Shown piece by piece: positions 53,745 to 64,000 of a DNA stretch of 64,000 nucleotides (position 1 is its first letter; each line of letters starts with the position of its first letter). Location of the stretch: NCBI GenBank assembly GCA_951406725.2, contig OX597814.1, positions 99,634,001 to 99,698,000 on the forward strand, in the 5' to 3' direction. The notes below the pieces were generated by a model. That model saw nothing but the letters and a program-made list of their open reading frames with translations, did no database searches and was not told where the DNA came from. Origin of the DNA: Octopus vulgaris. Taxonomy: Eukaryota. The translations under genes were made by a program, and so were the position numbers.

Positions 53745-53957
53745 AAGGCGGTGAGCTGGCAGAACCGTTAGCACGTCGGCAAAAATCTTTAGCGGTATTT
53801 CATCTGTCTTTATGTTCTGAGTTCAAATTCCGCCGAGGTCGACTTTGCCTTTCATCCTTTCGGGGTCGATAAATTAAGTACCATTTGCGTACTGGGGTCG
53901 ATGTAATCGACTGGCTCCTCCCCCAAAATTTCGGGCCTTGTGCCTAGAGTAGAAAAG
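53745..53957 (+). mobile_element. SINE family A, alternative tail
   Basis: Same head and core; diverged 17-bp TSD aatagtgagctgcgttt (53728-53744) / aatagtgaactgatttt (53958-53974). Confidence 0.85.
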
Positions 53958-54299
53958 AATAGTGAACTGATTTTCGAATACTTTCCTCTTTGATGGCCGA
54001 CTGAAAGTCTTTCTGCTAAAGCGGTTGATGGTTGTAAAACAATGCAGGAAGATGGAATAATCTACCTCGTACTTTCAACTAGTCTTCTAAATGGCTTATA
54101 ATCTAGTTGTCCAATGTATTGAAATATAAAGACACGTAACTGCAGTTAAATGAATGATTACAGTTACTGCATTGCTGAATTTGCTAATAAAAGGCAGAGT
54201 GTTCTTACATTTGTCTAATGCCCGGCAACGAATCTTCTTGCGAAAGCTAAACCATCGTCTCTGTAAAGATCAAAATATATAATAGCGGACCAACGGATG

Positions 54300-55500
54300 A
54301 GAGAGCGGTCCTATGCTTGTTGGCATATGAACAGAACACTTTGAATTCTGTTTGATTTTCTTGATTAACCAGTTTTTCTCAGTAACTCTTTGGTTGCTGA
54401 CGTAGGTTTTCATTTTGATCTGTAAATGATATTTTTCCAATTCAGTTCTTTTTCATTGCTGTTGAATGTGGATGCTGTTAGTGGTAGCATTTTAGTTGCT
54501 TGATTTTTATGTTGAGTTTTGATTCTTACAATGTGTGTCTTCTCTCTTGGGAACCTATTTCTACTAGTGCTCGTGAGTTTTGAAGGAAGAGAATGTATAA
54601 GAGACAATTTCCTCAAAGCGCTGCCTTGTTGCTCCAATGTCAGAACTGTGAATGAAGGACCAGTCGATAAGTCATAGATCTTTTCTAATTGCACCTCAGT
54701 ATGCTTTCTGAAGATTGATGCTAGTGAACAAGTTCACTGATGCGAGTGTGACTCGTTTGGCTTTGACATATTTGAAACTAAGCTTGCGCAGTACCCTATT
54801 GTAGTGAGAGTGAAGTTTTTCAACTGAATTGCTACGGATGGACATAGTGTGGTTCGTTAATATCAGGTCCTGGATAGTTTTAATTTCTCAGGCTGGCTCA
54901 AGCAGAGGTTGGATGAGGAAAATTCATCGATTAAATTAAATAGTAGTTCTGTTACAGTTTTGTCTGATGCAGTGCAGTTACCTAGTTTTGGGGCATCCGT
55001 AGACCAGTTCACCCAAGGAATGTTAAAACTGAATCATCAACAATATGTTCCTGGAGTTGTACTTTTGGAGAAAAGATTTGATTTTGTTGAGGCACTCTTC
55101 AAAGCAGGGTAAATGAGCTTGAGGAGATCTGTAGAAACCGACAATGGTTACATCATTAACCTTTTGAATAGCGATATGGATTCATTAACTTCTTTGAATA
55201 GGAATATGGACGCCATAAGAAATGGCACTCAAGGCAAAGCAATCATGGAGAAAAATGGCTGCTCCTGATTTATTTTGGTTTGTGCAGTCTGTACATATGT
55301 TGAATTTTTTTTATTTTCCTCTCAGCATTGATGTCAGTGTTGTTTACGTGGGCTTCTGTTAGACTGAAGAAAGGGATGAAGTGTGACGTTTCAGCAAGCC
55401 AACTGTCTATGTATGGAATCTTCCAATTTTGAGCTTTGAGTGATGAGTTGATGCTACGTACATTTAGGAGAAATGTCGAAGCGAAGGTTGGTTGTTGTTA
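54300..55500 (-). pseudogene. Degenerate AP-endonuclease region of a CR1/L2/Jockey-group LINE; limits approximate
   Basis: Minus-strand fragments TIVGFYRSPQ (YRPP-like), FNIPWVNWS (GDFNxPxINW-like) and IQDLILTNH (LDLILTN-like) in the right order, with stops and frameshifts. Confidence 0.65.
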
Positions 55501-57521
55501 GTATTGTGCTAAATAATTTGTTTTATGTGTTGTTCTTGATGGCTTGTAATGAGGATGATAGAAAATGGTGATGAGGATGATGCTTATGATGCTGATACTG
55601 AATATGATGATGATGATAATTATTTTATTAAGGTTATTTCTGCAGAAATTATAGCCAGCACTAATTTTTTTGCTACGTTTCGTATGATGATAATGTTGAT
55701 ATTTCTTCGAAGATAATGATGTTGTACGTGGATATATAAGCATCTGTACATACGTGTATGTGTGTGAAAAATAAATTAATGTTATCATATGAATGCATGT
55801 TTATCTATATACATGCATCCATAGAGACATACAATTCATACATACAATGAGACGTACGTAGACGTATGTTTTGTGTCTGTATCTATGAGGTAATGTGTAT
55901 GTCAGGTGTTGTTTAAACAATCTTTGCCTCGTTGATTTTCCATCTTCCAGTAATTCCTACTGGACGCCTTATTTCTTTATTTGAATCCGTATATCATTCT
56001 CTTTCTTACTCTCCCGCTTTCTGTCTCACCTTCTCTCTCTTGCTTTTCCTTTCTCTCCTTTTATGATGTTATTAATATTCTGTCAGTGTATGTTTGTATT
56101 TATGTTCGCTTTATATATTACTCTTCTTCATCACTTCCTACCTTATACACGATATCTGATTTCTTTCATATTTCTCCCTCCTAATTCTATTCTGTATCTA
56201 TCTTACACAGTTTCCCTCGCATTGTCTTTGTTCTCTCGCTTATTCTCTCTGCCAATCATTGTCTTCAGATGATTCAACATGTCTTTTTTGCTTCCTGTTA
56301 TTCTCATTAACTGTTACTCTGTTTTGTCTCTCCCTACCTCCCAACACACTTCCCTTATTCGCTCTTATTACTTCCCTGCAATTGTATTGCATTCTCTCCC
56401 TCTCTCTCTCCCTCCTTTTCTCTCCCTTACCCCCATTCTCCCGTTTTCACATACCCACACATATATAAACACTTACACACAAACACTCAATCTCTCTTCC
56501 TTGTCCTGTCTCTTCCTTTCTTCTTTTCTACTTTCTTCCCTATTTCTCATTCTCTCTCCATTTTGCTATCTCAGTCACTTTCTCTTCACATTGTCCTCTA
56601 CTCTCCATCCTCTTTCAGTCACTCTATACGCTCTCTTTCCCTAACTCTCTACTTCTTTGCTCTCTTTCCCTAAGTCTCTACTTTCCCTAATTCTTTGCTC
56701 TCTTTCCCTAACTCTCTACTTCTTTGCTATACTCTTTCTCCCTCACCTCTCTTTCTTTCTGTCTGTCATCAACAACATCCTCTGCCATTTCTCTTTTACT
56801 CTCGCCCTAAATCTTTTAACTATTCTTTCCTTCGTTTTAGATATTTTTTCTATATATTTTCTTGTTTTGCCAATTCTATTTTCTTCTCTTTCTTCTTGTT
56901 AATATAATATTCATTTCTTGATTTGGTTCTTTGTTTGTTCTTTTTAAACCATTCTACTATTTTCCATTTCAAGGAAGATACAGTACCACACACACAAAAC
57001 GCACATGCATACGGACATACACACATGCATAAATGCAGATATACAAACGCACATACATATGTATACATATATTCAGCAATATGTGCGTGCGCGTGTGTAT
57101 CGCATTTATATATGTGTATGCGCACATACATGCACACAAATATTTTCATCCGTACAGCTAATCAGTATACAAAAAGACCAACACATTTTCCACAGAATGA
57201 TCTAGTAAGTATCTTAAAATGAAGTAAAAACCACAACACACACACATACACGCACACAATTACATACTAACACACGTACGCGCACTAATACTACGTACGA
57301 AACACTATCAAAAACAAACCCATGTAAATAAATACACACCAGTCACTCAGAAAATATCCATGCAGTAAGATACACAAACAGCGAACTATCATCTTCAACA
57401 AATGCTTTCTCTCCTTCAATCATGCATACATATATACACAATCGTACATAGATGTGTATATATATATATATATATATATATGTGTATATCTATATATATA
57501 TGTATACGTGTGTGTGTATAA

Positions 57522-57566
<45 letters not shown>

Positions 57567-58616
57567 TATATATACACACATATATATGTACATATATATA
57601 TGTGTATATATATTCACATACATGCTGACGTACAGATATATATTCATACATAGACATACGTACATACATGCATACATGCATACAAACCTATATATATACA
57701 TACATACGTGCACGCAAGCATACATAAATACATACGTTCACCATACATACATACATGCATACATGCATGGATACATACGTACACGCACACATACATACAC
57801 ACATTCATACATAGATACATAAATACATATACATACATACATGCAAGCATACATACGTACATACATACATACATACATACATGCATGCATGCATGCATGC
57901 ATACATACATACATACATACATACATACATACATACATACATGCCGATATTTGTGGAAATGACCGCAGCCACATAAACATACAGCTGCACATATCCTGCA
58001 AGCTGGCAATAGAAACCCATTTACTGATTAGTATTCTGAAAAGCGTCTTCTTTACAACTGAGACAGAAATGGTATTTTAGAATCAGGAAGGTTGGAGATT
58101 GGTGGGCTAGTGTGGGTAGATTAGTATAGGAGATGAAGTCGTTTTCGGAGAAGGAGAGAGTGTCTTTGTGGAAGAGGGATTTCGGAATGAATAAAAGCAG
58201 CAGCGCTGTTGGGGATGGTGATGTTAATGGTTTGCGGTTTAGTGAGGTTTATTTGTATGAGCTAGTTGGTTTGTTGGCTGGCTGGCTGGCTGGCTCTTTG
58301 AGTGATTTGCCCGGGGCTGCAATGACAAAATATTGTGTTGTAAAGAATAACCATTTCGAGACACACACACCCCGTCGACTGTTCAATCTGCCGATAGCTA
58401 GAATTTCTGCCACGTTTGTCGGTATTCTGTGGACGACACGTGGTAATGTTATGCATTTCTCGTGTAATCTGTTTTGATTGGCAGATTAAATTGATCCGAA
58501 TAGGGTTAAATAAATTAAGTAAATGAATAATTGAATAAATACGTATTTACATTTCATCTCCTTCTCTCTTAATAGAGAGTCCTTTCGCTTTTTCTGTGTT
58601 TTTACGTGTGCCGTTG

Positions 58617-58668
<52 letters not shown>

Positions 58669-58758
58669 AAGATATATATAATATATAATATATATGTACA
58701 TGTAAATGAAAATGGATATGTATATATGCATTACATATAGGCGAGCATACACATTTGA

Positions 58759-58817
<59 letters not shown>

Positions 58818-58884
58818 ACCGCGTGTGTATCGTTGGCGATTTTCTTTCTCCGTCTTCCCTTTCTTGGACCTTTCCTTTTTCTAT

Positions 58885-58920
58885 GCTTCTGACGAAGAGC
58901 TCCGCTCGAAACGTTGAATC
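58885..58920 (+). ncRNA. Minimal Penelope-type hammerhead motif within a short repeat (~58815-59005)
   Basis: CUGACGA A GAGC ucc GCUC GAAA CGUU with palindromic AACGUU stem III; stem I weak in this copy. Confidence 0.6.
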
Positions 58921-60059
58921 CTCCATCTTTCTTTCCTTTCATGAGCGTCCAATAACACTATACTTGTTCCACGTCCTCGCGTTGTTGTGTTTTCTCTTTG
59001 TTCATACATATATATATATATATATATACATACACGCACACACATATACATAGATATGTATGTATATTTGTATATATATTCTTTTATTCTTTTACTTGTT
59101 TCAGTCGTTTGACTGCAGCCATACTGGAACACCTCTGGAATGTCTTACAAAACGTCACTGTGTCGCTAATACATCGAATTTGGAGAAACCGCGTCAGTTT
59201 CTTTTATTCTTTCTTCGAAAACCCAGTGTTTCATGGTTCCTGTGTAAATTTGGGAATACATAGCCTAATGCATCTATGATGATTAGGTACAAATGAGAAT
59301 TTCTAGTCAGGGTAAAGAGCTGTAAGTTCTGCATTAATTCCCCATAAATGTTCTGTTTACCTGAACTTTTGATTATATGTTCATTTCCGCTGGGCAGCTA
59401 AGCTATACAAAAGTGCATGATTTTGTTCCGTGTCTCGCAGAACAACATCTACTCTGTAATGTTTGCTCTGGAATGCTGATTTTATTGGAGTACTCTATCA
59501 GTATTCCTTGTTTCAAAAGCTACGAATATTACTGGCTTTGACACGCTTTTGTTGTATACATCAGGGCAAATACTTCCTGCAAATAACGTTATAAATAATC
59601 TTTGCAACAATATCATACGTCAAGGGTAGGCTGCGGATATTTCCATGTTGGTATAGCAGAGCCAATATTTTATATCAGAATGTGGAAGTTACATGTATAC
59701 CCACACATACTCATACAAAATCATGCATTTACCCGCACATATGCGTATACATGTGTCTATGTTTTTCTGTCCCTGTATGTGATTGCTTCTGTATAATTAA
59801 TCATATGTAATGATGTTGAACGTCGCTGCATACAGAAAACTTCTCTTCGCTTTATAAATCCGTATGACAGAAAAGAGCGACGGCCTTTGGGTTAGTCAAA
59901 CAGTCTTCGTGTTGAGAGTAGTGGTAGTGTTTTTGTAGCCTGCTGCTTATGGTAACAGTGCCAATTGTAGGCTAGTAATGGTAATAGTGGTTATGGTTGC
60001 GAGAATTTCTTGTAGTATGACTGAAATCAGGTTACTGATGAAGTTGTTTCAAAAATTCT

Positions 60060-60266
60060 TTCTCCCATAAACACAAGAAAATTTTGCTGGAAGAGTTGAA
60101 TCGATTACATCGACCCCGGTTCTCTACGGATGTTCATTTTATCAACCACGATGGAATGAAAGCAAAGTCAACCTCCGCAGCATTTGAGGTCAGATCATAA
60201 AGCCGGACAAAATGCCGCTGAGCATTTTATCCTCGTTGCTAGCGAGTCTATTAGCTCGGCACCTTA
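60060..60266 (-). mobile_element. Diverged SINE family A copy
   Basis: tcgattacatcgacccc...aaagtcaacctccgcagcatttga...agctcggcacctta. Confidence 0.7.
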
Positions 60267-60539
60267 TTAGTTCTAAAGATATTTGCTAAAAGTATTGGTA
60301 GTGTTATATATGTAAGGCAGGCAGTGTTAAATTCAGCTCTGATGGGGCAAACCCGTGATCACATCGCTCCATCCATGACTATCATAATTTATTTTTCGAC
60401 ACTGCATTATTTTGTCCCTCAATTTTAATATATCGTAAAGTTAATTTCTATTTTTTTTATATAACAGATCGAGGGATCTCCTAGGTCTCCTGCTTTCTTG
60501 TTCACGTTAATGTTATGTTCATGTTCTTGTTCACGTTGA

Positions 60540-61300
60540 TGTTATTGGTGGTGGTGGTGGTAGTGCTGGTAACAAAGGTATTGGTGGGGATAGTAGTCAT
60601 CATCGTGGTGGTGATAATGGTTGAGTAGGTAGGGGTTGACTTCAGTGGTAGCGCTTTTAATGGTGATCATTGTAGTTATGGTGATCGTGATGACAGTAGA
60701 ATTGGTGCTCGTGGTGATGGTGATGGTGGCGGTGACGGCAGTGGTGTTGCCGGTGGCAACAATGGTGGCAGCACTAGCGGCGCTGTGTGCCGTATACGTT
60801 GAACATCAGAGCTCTGGAGATGTTACTAGTTCTGGGAGTAGTGGTGGTGACGTCGGCGGCTGTGGTGAAGACGGAGGCGGCAACAGTGACGGTGTTGAGA
60901 TTGCTGTGGGAACTCGCGAGATGTTACTAGTTCTGCTGGTAGTGGTGGTGTCGGTAATGGTATTGATGGTGGCGGAGTTTTTATTGTTGTTGGTGCTGGT
61001 GGTTGTAGTGGTGGTGGTGGTGGTAGTGGTTACAAGGATGGAATTGTTGTTGTTTTCGTCGCTAAGTTTATGGCGACGGTGGTGTCGATAGTAACGGGGA
61101 GTGATTCCTCGGCGGTCGTTGTGAAGGGTTTATTCTTGACAGGACGTTCAAATGATCACGCTGGAGTTGGTGGAGGCTTGAGCAGCTAGTAATGGCTGTG
61201 ATGGTGGTGGTGGTGGTGATGGTGGTGGTGGTTGTGATGGTGGTGGTGGTGGTGGTGGTGGTGGTGGTGGTGGTGGTAGTGGCCGTCGTCGTCATCATGA
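60540..61300. repeat. Degenerate (GGT)n/(GAT)n low-complexity tract
   Basis: Read directly from the sequence; explains the Val-rich pseudo-ORFs. Confidence 0.85.
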
Positions 61301-61800
61301 TCGGTGTGGTCGATGCTGATAGTGGTGAGAATGTTAAGCACAGCCTTGATAATCATACCATGGTGTATGACAGAATGATGCGTGCTCCTTACTGTGGTTG
61401 GGGGTTGGGTTGCTGACGTTCATTGCTGTCATGTTGACCTCGCTGTTTGTTTATATTGTCGCTGTCACCGAACAAAAACACACCGAAGTGCGTGCGTACG
61501 TGCGTGCGTGAGTGCGTGCGCACTCACACTCACAAACACACAGGCACAAACTGAACAAACATACGCACAAAATACATAACACACATGCACACGCATGCAT
61601 AGCTTCTTAATTTTGAAGTGAAGTCCTACTATAACCGGTCAGATTAGGGAGTTTATTAAAGCCCTAATCGTGTGTTTTGGGAGCATGACATCGCCAATCA
61701 TTGTAATATATATATACACATACATACGTATATATATATATGTGTGTGCCTAAGTGTGTATGTATGCATGAAAATATATGTATATGTATATATATGTATA

Positions 61801-61854
<54 letters not shown>

Positions 61855-61981
61855 ATATATTTATATACATACATATATAAGTATATACATATATACAGAC
61901 ATGCACATATATGCTCACGTGCCTGTGTGTAAATTATATATATATAAGATATACGTTACACTTATATATAATATACGTTAT

Positions 61982-62051
<70 letters not shown>

Positions 62052-63035
62052 ATATGAGTGTGTATGTGTGCGCGCGTGCGTGTCTGTGTGTGTATGTGTG
62101 TGTGTGTGCGTGCATATGTGTGTATGGAAAGGCATCTATTTATACATGTTTCCGTTGGTAATTATGCGTGCGTGCGTGTGTGTATATGCACATGGCTTAG
62201 GAACTGACATCTTATGGCTAAATAGGTGACAGTAATGAAACGTACAGGAACCTACAAGATTATAGTTGTAAACACCCGACAGCTCCGCTTAAAGGCAAGA
62301 TTGAAAACTATATAAAACCCTTTCAAACAGCCGCTGAAGCAGTATCAATATTAGTTCTATCAAATACCTATTTATGTTCATGCTCCTTTGCTCTTTGACA
62401 TGCCACTATGGATATTCTGCGTATTCCAGGCTTTAGTATGTGTATAAGGTTGCGAACACACGTTTTTGTATGTGAGTGTTAAACACAGAAGGCTATGTAA
62501 TAGCGTATGCCTCACAGTTATTTTTTTTTTTATTACCGACTACATAGTTTATTAGTTAAAATTTTTGCAAGATCATGCCCATAATCTCATAATGTTTGTT
62601 CTTATCAGCTTAAGCTTGAAACTAGATTAACGTTTGTGATAGCTGACAGTTTCGTTTGCAGGCAGAAATACAAAAACAATAATAACAACTCATTTTAAAT
62701 ACAGAAGTTCATTTTTAAACATAGCCAAACGTGGCAACATGCATTAATCCTAAGATCTGATAGACTTGGGTTGTCCAAAAAAATATAACTAGAATAATTT
62801 CCATCCGAATAAAAGCAACAGCAAGATAAAATACAAAGCAAACAGTTTATAGTTAATTGAAAACGTTATTACAAGTAATATTAATTGTCACACGTTAAAT
62901 AATTGGCTCTGTTTAGTAGTATCAATTGTTACATGTTGATTAAATTTCTGCTAATTAAGATGTAAGAGTTTTCAGTACATATTTCAATACATATACATGC
63001 ATTTGGGTATATAAAAGAGAAAGAATGCATATCTA

Positions 63036-63096
<61 letters not shown>

Positions 63097-63098
63097 AT

Positions 63099-63141
<43 letters not shown>

Positions 63142-63219
63142 AATAATCGTATTTTATAAGCTTAAAGCGTATACTTGATCACCGTGCAATGAATAAAGTA
63201 AGTCTAATAATGGGGCAAA

Positions 63220-63378
63220 TAAGCCCACAACGGAAAAAAATCAGGTTTTCACGTGCGCGTGGAAAACTTACGGTTGTTCGGTAGTGTAAGATGGTTAGCA
63301 CACTTGTGAAAACAAAGGAATGTGGGCTCGTGTCTCAGACGTACGGGAAAATCTACATTTTCCCGTCGACGTGGCTTA
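63220..63378. mobile_element. MITE-like element with diverged ~38 bp terminal inverted repeats
   Basis: Left taagcccacaacggaaaaaaatcaggttttcacgtgcg versus reverse complement of right taagccacgtcgacgggaaaatgtagattttcccgtacg. Confidence 0.5.
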
Positions 63379-63459
63379 CCAAAAACCATCGCAGTATATA
63401 TAAAAACTTACTTGGGAATGGGTGCGTGGCGTTCAATTAAATAAATATAATGTAAATAA

Positions 63460-63770
63460 TATATATGCATATATGGGTAAAGGACGTCACTAACTGTGTA
63501 TACCACACAAAATACGAAAACAAATGCGTTAAATACGCAAACAACAAGAGAGGAAAATGGAAAACTCAGAGCACGACCCTCCAGCAGTTATCGGCTGTCT
63601 ATCTACTCCTCATTTCGAGGATTCAACGACAATGAGACTTCAAAGAAAGACGCTCCCATAAATTCTAAACTAAAATTTAGGATTTATGGAGGGTCGAATT
63701 TGGGAGCAAAACATGACAGTGCAGATATACAAGAAAACCGACCGAAAATAAACATGGCGGGTCGTTAGAC
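63460..63770. repeat. Second copy of the repeat at 160-450
   Basis: Colinear similarity to 160-450, same orientation. Confidence 0.8.
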
Positions 63771-64000
63771 CAGAACAGCAGGAAAATATGAACGGTTGGA
63801 GAAATATTTTCTTTGAAAAGAGTAAAGATAGAAGAGAGAGAAAGAAAAAGGCCAGTCTTTTGAACGTCTGTGCAAAAAAAGAAGGATGGACGATGGTCAC
63901 ATGTAAGCAACGAAAGAGAGTAAAAGACAAAGAGGGGAGATAGAGATAGATAGAAAACGATGAAAGTGGGAGGGGGAAAAAAGGAATTAGAGAAGGACAG

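Noticed and set aside
60636-61416. Val-rich membrane-protein-like ORFs
   Set aside because: Degenerate (GGT)n low-complexity sequence.

Overview
Eukaryotic, AT-rich, microsatellite-saturated non-coding DNA. The SINE families and repeat landscape look like an Octopus (coleoid cephalopod) genome; this is recognition from memory, not a database result. I find no host protein-coding exon, and nearly all short ORFs in the track are translations of simple repeats. The real coding content is transposons: a near-intact ~5.8 kb GC-rich L1/Tx1-clade LINE (40112-45954) between two (ATT)n runs, with an old relic of the same family at ~12490-13600; a 5'-truncated R4/Dong-type RLE LINE inside a (TAA)n run; a HERO-like RLE 3' fragment; a CR1/L2-type endonuclease relic; two mariner elements; several tRNA-derived SINE families; and Penelope-type fragments with hammerhead-ribozyme motifs. 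Most notable: (1) the commonest SINE shares its 3' tail with the L1/Tx1 LINE, a probable LINE-SINE pair, and its (ATT)n tail appears to have been the landing site for Dong; (2) ORF2 of that LINE is bracketed at its start and stop codons by an inverted repeat that competes with a 3'UTR hairpin; (3) the LINE's frameshifts can all be placed in homopolymer runs, so it may be intact; (4) there are several dispersed hammerhead motifs and a ~317 bp foldback.
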